Of a stretch of DNA of 64,000 nt, positions 37,904 to 50,821 are shown piece by piece (within the stretch, counting starts at the first letter, position 1; each line of letters begins with the position of its first letter). The stretch lies in assembly GCA_032718475.1 (NCBI GenBank), contig JAUCBJ010008237.1, positions 62,001 through 126,000 on the forward strand, given 5' to 3'. Below the pieces are notes generated by a model. That model saw nothing but the letters and a program-made list of their open reading frames with translations, made no database searches and was not told the DNA's origin. This DNA comes from Nemertoderma westbladi (Eukaryota; Animalia; Xenacoelomorpha). Position numbers and translations under genes: made by a program.

Positions 37904-39768
37904 TAACTATTTACATACTTGTGTGTAAAGTAGCACTTTACAGTGTGATGATCCGAGTGCTTTGTTACACGAACGAACGTAGTGAGTTAGTGAAAATAAA
38001 GCCACGAGGATCAGAACACTGTAAAGTACTTTATTCCAAAATTGTAACATTATTCTACGCCGTTAGTATTAACAGCGAGTTGTTATTTAGCACTTTACAA
38101 CTTTAGAGGACATTACAGCATTGTATTGGCCTGTACATTTAGTATTGTATTTGGTGTTATTGTTTACGTGGTAACCATGACGGCGATAAGTAATGTCCCC
38201 GTAGTGGACGTTACTTAACGCCGTCATGGTTACCACGTAAACAACAGAAATTTGCTTGACAGCCAGATAGGCCTACTGCAATACCTACCGATAGGCAGGG
38301 TATAGCTATTAATAACCAGTAGGGCCTAGCTATATTATTATAACATGGCTCCAAACGCCGCGATAAATATGAGCTAACTTATTTACTAGAGACGGGCCTA
38401 GCGGCCCGTGAAGCAAGTCGTAGGAGACAGTACGAATCAAGTAAAAGCTTTTTGTTCAGTCTGATATTCAATTAGTGTGAGGGTAGTCCCGGTGGTGTAC
38501 GATAAATTTTCTAGACAACTTCGAACTATAATTATTATGCTGTAATCATCTAATGAATTATAAAAGCTGTTGTGATTATAGAAGATAGAGCAGTTAGCGA
38601 AATGATTATTTTGTTCTATAGGATAGAGTAGTCAGAGAGTTAGAGTAGTCGAGTCGTTGTTTAATAATAATAACAGCAGTTGCCATGAATTCAATATACA
38701 ATCGCGCAAAAGAAGTGATAAGACAAATTCGTTCTTATTTTTGTAATAAATAAAACAGGTTGAGATGTTTCAATGTAAACCGCGATTAACAATTTACAAC
38801 ATTTATATTATTATTATAACAGATTTTTATATTTCAAACTATAATGTTAGCCTTATGGAGAATCATTATGAGGCTGAGTAAACATTCAGCCTTATAAGCA
38901 TACACCCTCCACAGTATTAATGTTGGCACAAAGATTTCAAAATAAAACAATAATGCGATGAGAGCATAGTACAATACACTGTGTAGCCAACACACTGTTT
39001 AACTAACAGTCATTTAGCTTGCACGCCAATTAATTAACATAGCAAGGATGCATTGGGAAGAGTTATTCAGCTGAGACTGTAATAACCAGCTATACCAGTT
39101 AATGTTTTGTTTGATTACTGTCTGGGTTGTAGAATAGAGTGATAATAAAACTTGCACACAAAGTACTTCTTTGTTAGTTGCCCTTCCTATTGAATGTATT
39201 ACTAGGCCATCTCTATACATTTTTCATGAGTGCCAGCTGGTGTTTTATCATTGCGCCTATGGCAATTTTAGTGTTTTGGGGCTATTTTTCGAAATAAAAC
39301 AAGTTGAGATGTTTCAATTTAAACATGTTTCACAAGTACCCTTAGAAATCCATTTTCATGGTCCATGCAAAATTTCATCAAAATCGTTAGAGCCGTTTTT
39401 GCTCTAGGTCAGTAGTCAGTAGCCAGTAGCCAGTAGTCAGTAGTCAGTAGCCTTTTTTTCTTACAGTAATCAAGTCTAACGACTTGCTAATAACATAATT
39501 TATGTCATTTTTACAATTATTTATACAGCAACTAATATAATTTGTGCAGTTTCTATCACTTATAATGTATGTTCATGTACAGTACAATCATTTCGTAATG
39601 TTAAAATTTTGGAATAAAACTACATACATACTTGTTGCAAAGTACTTTACAGTGTTCTGATCCTCGTGGCTTTATTTTAACTCACTCACTACGTTAGTTC
39701 GTGTAACAAAGCCACTCGGATCATCACACTGTAAAGTGCTACTTTACACACAAGTATGTAAATAGTTA
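37904..39768. mobile_element. Segment bounded by ~130-150-bp inverted repeats (foldback or MITE pair)
   Basis: 37904-38032 is the near-exact reverse complement of 39639-39768. Confidence 0.65.
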
Positions 39769-39922
39769 TTGCAACAAGTACTGTATGTACTGTATGTAAT
39801 TACTAACGGCATTGAGTAATGTCTCAACTCACGCACCTTTAAGACGGTTGGCCAAACAATCCCTTCTTTAAATTTAATGCGATATCAGCAAGATTTATAA
39901 AACGTATGGGTTAACTTTTGTC

Positions 39923-40090
39923 AATTGATGAATCCAACTGCACACGCAACATTGGACAAAATATACCAAATCTCTAACCGCATCATCCGTTGCCACTTCT
40001 CCTGTTCTCGAACACTAGCTAAGAAGTTTCCTAAGGTGGTTCTGATTGTGTGCTACTCTCCAACTAGTGTTGCCCTTGTAGAGGAGGTGG
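39923..40090 (+). mobile_element. Short internal RTE endonuclease fragment
   Basis: MNPTAHA...KKFPKVVLIVCYSPTS matches the other RTE copies. Confidence 0.9.
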
Positions 40091-40606
40091 ATAGTTCTAT
40101 TCTATCTATAATTTAATTTTCTATTTTATTATTATTTAATATTATTATATTATTTATTTTATTATTCTAAAGTTCCCTGGCATGATCGGCTACTCTGCCC
40201 ATACTGGGCTCGACAAATAGACATAAACCGAAAAACGCCATAGGCGCAATAATAAAAACAGCAGCTGCTGTATATATGGAAATTTAGAAGAGGGCCTAGT
40301 AATGCTATTCAATGGATTGGCCCAAAATTACCTATTTATGCAATGCTTAGGCAAACTATAGGCCTACTATACAATATTACACTATACAATACAATACTGT
40401 AGTGTACATAGACGTACACCGTACACCCAGAACACTGGCCAGAAGTAGAGCCAGAATGATATGTATGAATGACCTCATTCATTGATTAGAATTGATAATC
40501 GAGACTCAAATAGATCAGTGCTGTAAGTACAAATAATAAATTATATTGACAATTTAGCAACTTGAATGGGAGGAGTAGTCGTACTTTTGCGTTATTATAG
40601 TAGTAG

Positions 40607-41189
40607 AGATTTCAAATCTACAAGTAGTTTTCTCATATCTCTTCTCAAACTCAAGTTATTACCCAAAACGTAAGAGCTAGTCTGATTTTTGACAAGCCTT
40701 CGAGCAGCTATATTCGAGCTATATTTTACAATTGTACGGGGCCCTTTTTATAAAAAAGGCTCCCACGGTACAGATATGAATAAAATTGCTAAAACGTTGT
40801 TTTACTAGTTATCTGTTTATCTAAAATAGCGGGAAGCTTTGAATTGTTCCTTAAACTTTAAACACCCATATCTCAGAATGAAGTTTCTTCATGAAAATGA
40901 GTTGAAATTTGGTACACTTGTTAAGATACCTTTCTCCATATTTCTTCTGAACAAATTTGGTTGGAAATGGAGCCTGGAGCTTTTTTATTTTTTAAAAGGC
41001 CAAAAAAAGCCCTTTCTTGGAGCCTTTTTGTTTTAAAAAGGCTCCAGATCATTTTGGATCATTTTGGGGCCAATTTTAAAAATATTTGGTTTGGTTATTC
41101 TTTCATAGTCCATGCGATGTTTAGTAGCACAAAAAATAATTTCCACCCAATTTAGGGTCCAGAGACACAAAAATGTGAGGTTCAGTTTG
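40607..41189. mobile_element. Inverted partial copy of the Kolobok-like element; its terminus resumes at about 43979-44002
   Basis: Reverse complement of 17749-18560; the poly-C plus TTAA end lies immediately after the RTE tail. Confidence 0.75.
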
Positions 41190-43978
41190 CTGGAGTTGGA
41201 GGCTACTCTCATGTTCCAACCCGACCAACAAAGCCATTGGTGAATCTGAGGCAAGTCACTAGACTAGCCTCAGTAAACACCCTAACACTCGGGTCCCCAA
41301 TGCGTCAAGGTGAGCTGACTGCCTTGGCAGATAAGCTTTCTCTTAGCGCAGTGTGTGTTCAAGAGCACCGAATGCAGATTGGACAGACTGATGAGGTTCT
41401 GATTAAGGACATGGGGGGCGGTTGGCGACTCGCCATCGCGTCAGCAGATGGTAGTGGCAATGGTGGAATTGGTCTATTGATGAATCCAACTGCACATGCA
41501 GCATTGGACGAAATAGACCAAATCTCTAACCGCATCATCCGTTACCACTTATCATGTTCTGGAAGACTGGCTAAGAAGTTTCCTAAAGTGGTTCTGATTG
41601 TGTGCTACTCTCCAACTAGTGTTGCCCCTGTAGAGGAGGTGGAAAATTTCTACAACAATCTACAAGCAGCTACTGATGGAGTGGATCAGCATGCATTCTT
41701 AACATTCCTGGGAGACTTTAATGCAAGTCTGCATCAATCACCTACATCTCCCTGGGTCTATAGCAATAGTGTTAACCGAAATTCTGTCCATCTACAGGAT
41801 TTTATCTCTGGAAATGGATTGTTTTCGGCTGGAACCCAGTTCAAGAAGCGAACTGGAAAGCTATGGACTCATAGTGGACCCAGTGGTCACAAGTCCCAGA
41901 TAGACCATATTCTGTTTCGTAGGAAATACAGGAGCTCTATACAAGACTGTAATGCATTTACACTTCGACCCTTCTCCAGTGATCATCGCCTTATTGTGGC
42001 CAAGGTAAGACTTAGTCTGCGTGCTAGCAGAACAACGAAATCTGCCTTGCCGCGGCATGACTGGTCCTCTCTGTTGCAACAGCCAAGTGTGAGATCCAGC
42101 TTCACACTACAGCTGAGCAACAGGTATGAGGCTCTTGCCTCTGAGGCGGCAGATCACGGTTGATGCCATCAATGATGCTGACGACAGCAGGCAATCATCC
42201 CAGGCATGGAAATCGATCAACTTGCTTACTGGGTGGAAAAGCCAAACAACCACCAAGGTTAAGGCTGAATCACCAGTCGATCGCCTCGATGGTTGGAAGG
42301 CCCACTTTAAAAGCTCCTCAATAATGACAGGGTATTGCCTGATAACTTTATAGAAGTAAACGTGTCTGAGTCTGTACTCCCCGAAATTCCCATTGACGAT
42401 ATCTCCTTTGCAGACGTGCAGGCTGCTGCAAAGAGCATTAAGACCAATCGTGCCAGTGGAGTAGATGGTGTTACTCCTGAGGTCTTTAAAATACCTGAGC
42501 GTTTAAAGCTCATCTATCCCATCATACTAGACATGTACCGAACAACAAGAGTCCCACAAGAAAAGAAAACAAATAAGTTGGTGCCAGTTCCCAAGAAGGG
42601 CAACCTAACACTCTATGGTTCTTTTCGGGGAATCTCCTTGATCTCGATTGCTGCAAAGCTATACAATAGAATTATATTAAATCGCATCAGGGATCCCATT
42701 GAGAGACTGCTTCGTGGAAATCAGAATGGGTTCCGTAAAGGTCGTGGAACCATGGAGCCCATTTTGGCACTTAGAAGGATAATTTATAAATTATCAAAAA
42801 AGACTCCTTGTTGACTTCTTCAAGGCATTTGATTCAGTCTCTCGCTTATGTATGTTTAGCATACTTTCATTATATGGGATTCCTGATGAAATTATTACAT
42901 CAATCAGATTAGTATACGATGGTTCGACAACATTTGTGTCTACTGTTGACGGTGACACAGAACCATTTGAAGTGTTATGGGGCGTCCTCCAGGGTGACAC
43001 ACTTGTACCTTGTACCATTCTTGTTCGTTCATAATTGTGGTTGACTATGTTCTACACATGTCCTTAGATCATCATAATGATGATGGGGTGATGATAACTC
43101 CACCTACTGGCTCCAGAAGTCGAGGAAATCCTGCCAAGTACCTAACTGATCTAGACTTTACTGATGACTTAGGAGTACTCTAAGAATCACTAGAAGGAGC
43201 CCAACGGCTCCTCAGCTCATTAGAACATGCTGCTTCTAGTGTTGGTCTTTTTATTAAATCCAGAAAAACCAAAATTTTGACAGTTAACTTTGAAAGTCAT
43301 CAGCAAGTCTCTGATCGGATGAGCATAAGCTCAAAGGATGGTATGCTTGAGATGTTGACGACTTTACCTGGGATCATGGATCCGGAAGTCAGGTGAGGAC
43401 CTTCGAATACGTAAGGGAAAGGCATGGGCAGCCTTGAATAGGCTTTCCAGGATTTGGAAGTCACCGAGAATTAATCGGAAACTTAAGGTCCGATTATTTA
43501 GAGCAGCAGTAGTTCCAGTACTCCTCTATGGGAGTCCATGCTGGGCTCTAACTGTTGAGGACACCAAATCTCTGGATGGCACATTCACAAGAATGCTACG
43601 CCGGGTTCATTGTGTCAAGTACAATGCACAAATCTCCAACCAGACACTATATAACATTGGAGGTGTCTCATTGGTTCCTCCAAGCTTGACACTAGAACAA
43701 AATCGCCTCCGCTTTGCAAGACATTGCTTTCGCCGTGAGGACCAGCCAGAGCATAATCTTTTACTTTGGCAGCCTCATGGAGTGAATAAGCATGGTGGAC
43801 AGCCCATGACTTTCATGAGACGCCTCTTAAAGGGCACTGGCCTTGAAGATGCGGATGATCTAGCAAATGTCATGGGTGATAGAGAGTTATGGCGGCGCAA
43901 TTTTCTCGACAAGCCGGCACAGCATTCTTAAAAATGCAGCTGCAATGCAGCATGCCGATCCTAGTAGTAGTAGTAGTA
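41190..43978 (+). mobile_element. RTE-clade LINE copy (5'-truncated, internal deletion, frameshifts)
   Basis: ORFs 41237-42163 (APE), 42335-42814 and 43434-43931 (RT and C-terminus) are nearly identical to 11052-14327; ends CCGATCC(TAG)n. Confidence 0.95.
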
Positions 43979-44932
43979 CACGCCCCCCCCCCCCCCCCTT
44001 TAAGCAACACCCAGTCATCATTCAAGCCAACAACAATTTCACACGAATTCGTTCATTTTGACCCTTTGCAATTTGAAATTTACATTTAAAGTTTCTTGTT
44101 AGCGTAATTAAATTAAGTCTGCCATTGAATTGTTAGAAAGCACATAAACCCAGCTAAACATTTTATTTCCGAAGTCAGTTTTCTCATTTGACAGCGTCAT
44201 GTCTGCCTGGAATTCTGTCTGTCTGTCCGTCGAAATATAACCGACAGCTGATACAAACAGACAATGTGAAATGAATCACCAACAATGAAATCTCCCATAA
44301 TAAAAGCTAGTTGGTATTCTTTCTTATTACGTCGACAGAAAGAACGCAGGGCCGTTGAGAGGGGGGGGGGGGCAGAGGGGGGCAAAACCCCCGGGCCCGG
44401 GAATTTCCCCGGGGGCTATACATTCGATCAACGGTCCCAATGCGATTGGAATCTAAGACACGGCACTTAAACCCAGCGTGCGCTTGTAAAGTGAGGTGCG
44501 GAGCTACCGATACCTTCGGGACATAATCACTTTCGATTCATTGGTCGTAACAAACGACTTATGACATACCAGAGGAGCTGCTCCCATTGAAACCAATGTG
44601 TTCCATAATTTATTTCGACTTATGACATACGACTTTTGACATGACTTACCAGTGGAGCACGGGCCTTAGAGTTTACCAATTAAATATTTGTAATAAAAGG
44701 TGAAAAGTTCAATATAGATCTAAATTGTTCATAAAGCCACCATTTTGCCACTTTTCAGCCACCATAGTTATTATATATTTCTTTAACAAAAAGATATATA
44801 TTATTTATTATTTCCAAATGAAGATTATTTTATTATTTTACAAAGTTCGTGTGTTCGTAATTTGCGACATACGAGTTAACAGGTTGTATTTCCAGGTCTA
44901 CCTTTTATTCCAGGTATAGGCCTACCTATAAC

Positions 44933-45000
44933 TCCGCTAGCGGAATGGTTAGAGCACCAAACTTATATCCTGGAGATCGCTAGTTCGATCCCACCATGAC
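44933..45000 (+). mobile_element. Degenerate tRNA-like or SINE head
   Basis: TAGCGGAATGG (A-box-like) and AGTTCGATCC (B-box-like); the cloverleaf is imperfect. Confidence 0.4.
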
Positions 45001-45879
45001 GTCATCGGTGAATTTCCTTGTCTGTCTCCAACGAAAATTAATATTCTGTAGTTATTGGGCCGAACTTATTTAAGTATTACTGTATTATACCATAAAGCTA
45101 CTGTAAGTAACTCCTCAATATGTGCGGATTTTTCTAATAAAGTATATTTTTGATTTATATGATTATTATAGAGATATAATAATTATGGTAAAAATTTTGA
45201 CAAGATTAAAAAAGTTAAGGGTATAATCGTTGTGTTTAGGCACTTTTATATCAAACACAATCGAACTGTTGACTTGAACACTGCAGAGCTGTTTTATTGT
45301 GAAAGTATCGGCTGGTAGTGTCGATTAATTTCACCTAGGCCTACTGTATACTGTAGCTCGTGGAAGAATGAAAAAACATGTACTGAACACGTTGCGTTAT
45401 GTTCTGAAACACGAACTGAACACACTTTATTGGTTGGTTAGAAGGGAATAATTCAGGATAATATACCCCCAAAAACGAAGAGCTCTCTAATAAACTCATT
45501 TCTGCACGGTTTATATTTTTGCCTGTTACCATGGCATTTAAACTGTCCCGTTGCCCGACTTTTCTACATTATGCATATATTTGGACATTTGTAAATATAT
45601 CCTCGCTTTAATTTGTAATACTGTATGTGTTTTACCGTACTTTCTTGTATGCTTTCTCTTTTGATGCATTAAGGGTTTTTATTTTGAGAGGAAACTTTGA
45701 ACTGGTGAAGGGATGCACTTTATTCTTGTATAATACTGTACCTAATTCATTAATAAAGTCTGAAGTAGCCCGATAGGGCGAAAACGTTCACATACTCCTA
45801 CTCCTATTTTACTGTGGTATTTTATTTATTTCTTTAATAAACTCAACGTAGTGACTGTGGAAAGATCATTAAGTTTTAT

Positions 45880-47690
45880 ACATAACTCTAAGGGTCTGTG
45901 ATCAGAGGGAAAACTCAAATAGTTGTTGGCTATTGGGGATAAAATATAAGGTAAAAGATGGGGAGACACAAGACATGTGTCCAACTCCGAGATCCACTTT
46001 GAGCCTTCCCGGTAAGAAAGAAATGTTGCAATTGTTGATTATGGAAGGGATGTTATGTTGTTAACCAAAACCAAGTTTGAGTTCACACATATGTTGCTTA
46101 GCTCGGTTCCTCGTTTGTTTTTGGCCGCATCGCATGGTTTATATGTATATATCTAAGATAGAGACACCTCCGTTATGCCAAAATGCCCATTTAAATCGCC
46201 TAAGATACAGTACACGTTTTGCCATAGGTGGACATTAAATGTCCCTGGATGTTGCTTATAATTTCATGTCAATAAAAGCGGGAATCTGAGGGAGCTATAT
46301 AACAACTAGCAAAACTGCATCCTACAAGAAATCGAATTCCACCATCAAAACTTGCTCGGAGTTAGATAAAGACATCTTGCTTATGTGACTAATTAGGCAA
46401 TTTTTTTATTAATAGTACAACCCCGCCACGGTGAGGATGTACCTGATCTGGACAAATGTCAGACTTAATTAAAACCAGGAACTATGATATCAGATGAACA
46501 TTTAACTTCGGATATAAATATCAAATCGAAATTTATTAAATAATATAAAATAAATACTGTGTCTAGTTTATCTCATAGGCCGGTTGACGTTTTATGCACA
46601 AATGCTTAAGTGGTCTGTTGGTCTGTGCGCGTTATTTCTAAAACGATGGTCTAAAATGGTCGATTTCAACATTATCACGGAGAAGAGTTCGCCGTTGAAA
46701 GTCGTAGTATAAATCGCAACCATGGTTAGATGGTTTACGCTTCTCTTCATCCTCCCTGGCCTTTATGCGAGCAAACTCCTTCCGGATTGACGGATGGGTA
46801 AGAGGTTTAATGAATACTGTCTTAAGAACCTCGACCTCCTTTAACGATTCCAAGAAAGACTCCAAGATTGGTTTCCTGTTACTTACCGATGGACCAAGTG
46901 TAACCAATATGTGGCGTGGGTTACGACCTTTATTGACTCCAAGACAGCGAAAGGAAAAGTCAATCATTGGGTGCCCTAAAGATTTGAAAATGAACTCCCA
47001 TTTATCCTTATCATTTGTAGCTAAATCAATATTAGCATCCTCTTCCACACCTAAGATAACGAAGTTCCTTGAATGGTTTGATCTATTGATCGATTCGCAA
47101 AAACGTTGCTGCTTATCGTATGTAGCTTTTAAATCGGAATTATTTTTTTCAAATCAATATTATCCTTCTCTAACGATGAAACCTCTTTACGAATACGTGT
47201 ATGTTTTGTATGTATTTTTTTCAAATCAATATTATCCTTCTCTAACGATGAAACCTCTTTACGAATATGTGTCTTACGAATGAATACGCTGATACCCAGA
47301 TTCCTCTTTAGTTCTTCCACATCCTTCCATAGGTTCTTATGAGTTGGTTGGTAAGATACAATATTTGTTGAGTTATTTCCATTAATCACAACTCGATACG
47401 ATTCTGGAATGCAAGTAGTTGCTCCCATGGGGGGTGTTGAGTCATGCTGCAGCAGATACATACTGGTAGTGCTTGTCGTGATGGTACATAAAGTAGCATA
47501 CTGCATAAGGGACTGTTATTGTGGTTAGTCGGTTGGTGGTATTCAGATCTATGAGAGGGAGACGAATGAGACACACGCCGTCCACTGCCACCAGTAGAAA
47601 GTCTTAATGCTTCACACTTATTGCATAGAACCTCTGGGACACCGTGGAGAAGTTGGAGTCACAATCAACACACTTCAGCATTATGGTGTA
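45880..47690 (-). mobile_element. Degraded two-ORF LINE (CR1/L2/Crack-like): ORF1 plus endonuclease domain
   Basis: ORF1 remnants (Cys-rich start MLKCVDC; NFVILGVEED; PRHILVTL; VFIKP) are followed by APE remnants (RGGVVLL, CYIAPSDS, GDLNGH, ELD, SDHRP) with stops. A 69-bp tandem duplication lies at about 47143-47280. Confidence 0.7.
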
Positions 47691-48955
47691 TATATAGTAA
47701 TACAATATAGCAAGTAGAGTAGTGCAGTATTTACTGCACTATACCAGCACACCAGTACAGCAGTTACATGCTAGCTACACTACCAGCTGACCGGTATCTC
47801 TACTACTGCTGTTCTCTTAACAGGTTAATAGTATATTGAAGAAAAGTTCAATATACTATTAAAAACAAAACACCTACTGTACACATATAAAGTACCATAA
47901 GCCGGTAGGCCTATACATCTGACTGTTGATTATCAGCTGTTGATTCTCAATTAAATTGGGTTTATTCCTAACTCTCGTTTATTGTCTTGGTTCCTTTCAA
48001 CCCGCCTCTGTAACCTGCTTCTAAATAACACATGAAACAAAACATAACTATAGCTACAAGTAGCTGTAGGTGTGTAGTGTAGGCGTAGCTTTTACCCCCA
48101 CCACGACCAGGCACCAACTGTTGAGATACGAGCTGTAGAAAATACATTGCATATGGATTTACATACCAGAGCTGTAAATATTTATTTGTACTTTCATTTT
48201 ATTGCATGCAGACCGCTGCAGACATATACAATTAAATCAGATTTTGAGTTCAGTTTGAGTCAGATTGTTCTTTCAATCTTAAACGGGGTCAATACAATAC
48301 ATAGGCAACTCAATTCCCTTAGACAAGAATTTAATTGCTGATGCCCGTATATAATGTGCAAATTCAAACTGCATAGGATTTATTGAACTGTATTTTAAGA
48401 TATTGTCTCTAGAATTTATTTTCAGAAAGTATTATACAACTAGAACGCCATCAAGATGGCTTCAAACGAACCTGTCTTACACAGACTCCAAGAAACAGAT
48501 GGGATTGGTAGATGCAAACCAAAAATGGACTTACATCAACCAAACAAACTGCTTCCAGTCTAATGTGATACATAGTAGCCTAAGCAGACAAATTATAATT
48601 AATGCGATGTGCGAGATGTTTTCCCTATCCGCAACCAATAAACAGGCCCAAAGGGCAGTTAACTCTGCTAAGGGGTCTGTCTTTACTGTATTAGATAAAT
48701 TATTCCTACCTAATACATTATCAGTTAGCCTAATAAAAATCATTGGAAGAAACCAATATAATGTACAAGCCCCCTATGAAAGTTTGTGAAATCTTTCATT
48801 GATCTCCCCAACAGATGTTGCTACCCGGGTGGCACCCTGATTTAGTTTTCCGGTGTGGTTACTTTAATCGACAGCTGTTGAAAACGTCCCAGATTTACAC
48901 AAGCCTTTACATTACAAATTGAGCTTAACCTGAGTTGCCGACATTACATTATTAT

Positions 48956-49199
48956 CAAGCAAAAGCAAACAGTCGGCCGAAGCCGGAGGCAACCCGAAGG
49001 CTCCTCTTTCGATAGCTGCTACTCAAGGGTAGGGGTGGGCGCTACTCCTATCCCAAGATTTGCTCCCAGTTATTTAACTGGTACTCATTATTTATCGACC
49101 CCAGGGGATGAAAGGCAGTTGACTGGACCCTGGCGGGCCTGAACCTACAACCATTAGATTGCAGGCCCGGCGCTCAACCAACTGAGCTACCCCGCCTTC
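48956..49199 (-). mobile_element. tRNA-derived SINE with Nin/Deu-like core (family 2)
   Basis: Minus strand GGCGGGGTAGCTCAGTTGGTTGAGCG...GGTTCAGGCCC, then GCCTTTCATCCCCTGGGGTCGATAAAT..GAGTACCAG; flanking direct repeat TACATTATTAT at 48945-55 and 49200-10. Confidence 0.85.
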
Positions 49200-49537
49200 T
49201 ACATTATTATAACGATGTATAAATGACAATTAGGCCCTATAGATACGATATATAAATGATGTACTGATTGACATTACACTAACTGAATGAATAGAGATAG
49301 AACAATAATTAACGATATAATTAATATACTTAACTCCAATTGACAATAAGTAGTGAAATATCGTTCAGTTGTCAAAGTGTAGGTGCAAATATTTCGAATA
49401 TCGCGCATAGAATCGTTCCCAACTTTTTTATTCAACAACTAGATAACAGTTGTTGAATAAAGAAAAATGGTGTAGAAAAAATGGAGTGGAAGTTAATCTT
49501 TTAAAAACTAAAATAGTAAAATTTAGAAAGGGGGAAG

Positions 49538-50743
49538 TGTACGCGCTTTTGAAGACCTTTAGCAGTTTAACCTGCCAAAATTTATATGTCTTTTGGTTTA
49601 TAAATAGACTTTAGAAATTGACAAATATTTAATACCAATAAACACAACATTAGCAGAAGCCAGCCTAGTGCGCGTCCATTCACCCGCTGGATATACCCGG
49701 GAGACTGGATTCTGAGGGCTTAGATTATTATTGCAGTGTAAGCTTACTGTATTATTCGATTGATCGTTAATAAATAATTTCTGACTAATATTATTCACTT
49801 TCGGGAAATATTAACAGTTCCTTTAGGACGTGGCGCTCTATCTAGGTAAACAGAGATATGACTTATACTAATCACAACGGTAAGTCGGTAAGGCTTATGA
49901 TTCACGTATGAGGCGCATTCTTTAGGAAATGCTTAGTTATCAGCCACAATCATGCACGCTACCGGTAACACACAATACTGCTCACTAATTTGCCGACCGT
50001 CAATGAATTTTATCATATATAAAGAGAACAGCAACTGACTCATGTAGTGCTTATCAAATAGCATTAAATTCACTACAAACCACAATACTATAAGTCGCAA
50101 TCGCTATATGTAACCTGTCTCTCTAACCTGTAGTGTATCAAGAAAATTGGGAAATTTGGGTTCTTTATAGATGTTCTCCAAATAATATTCAACCAACTGA
50201 TACAAAATATGACAACAGTAAAAAGCATTAAGACGGTATGTTAAGTTATGATATGAACTGATAACAGTTATACGCTCTATAATCTTAAGCCTACTAATGT
50301 TTCTTCTAAAGTCTGAAACGAATTGACTCTAGAGCCGGTGTTCCTGGCCTAGATAGAAACAACACAACAGTAACAAAAACACTCTCTGACTCTAACACCG
50401 TTGCAGGTATCTTTTTACACAGAGAGGAATAGCTCTCATTGGCAGAACACCAGATTCCACAGGTTCCACGAATATCTAAATGCCGAACTATCAGGATTTT
50501 TGCAGCCCTTGGCCAACACACAAAATGAGTCACTCCGCTCGGTTGCCCTGGTTGCATACTCTGCTGCTATAGCTCTGGTTGGCCGATAGAACATAGTAAA
50601 GAGCCCCTCGTATAACAAATCAGCCAATCAGCCGGTCGCTTTGCATCATTCGAGTTAGAGAGCTTTTTAGAGTATTCCAGCGCCTGGGGGGGAACTGGAT
50701 TGCAAAGCAAAAGGGCCAGTTATATCCCACAGAAGCTTTTACA
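49538..50743 (-). repeat. 3' LTR of copy B (1206 bp)
   Basis: Matches 60353-61560 apart from one substitution I could see (CACCCG/CACCCA) and the length of a G run. Confidence 0.97.
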
Positions 50744-50752
50744 CCGCTCCCA
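50744..50752 (-). promoter_or_regulatory. Polypurine tract (TGGGAGCGG) before the 3' LTR
   Basis: G-rich run directly 5' of TGTAAAAG on the minus strand. Confidence 0.65.
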
Positions 50753-50821
50753 GAAAATGGGATTTGAGTCTATTAATATACAAAAATCACAGTTTCTAAT
50801 ATACGTAAATACTCTAAACAG

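Noticed and set aside
44348-44417. G/C-run-rich segment starting CAGGG (MITE end or G-quadruplex)
   Set aside because: No partner TIR or TSD found.
48403-48789. 128-aa ORF as a possible host exon
   Set aside because: No recognisable domain, and it runs into a dispersed repeat.
49130-49197. Functional tRNA gene
   Set aside because: Stems are imperfect and it continues into a SINE core flanked by a TSD.
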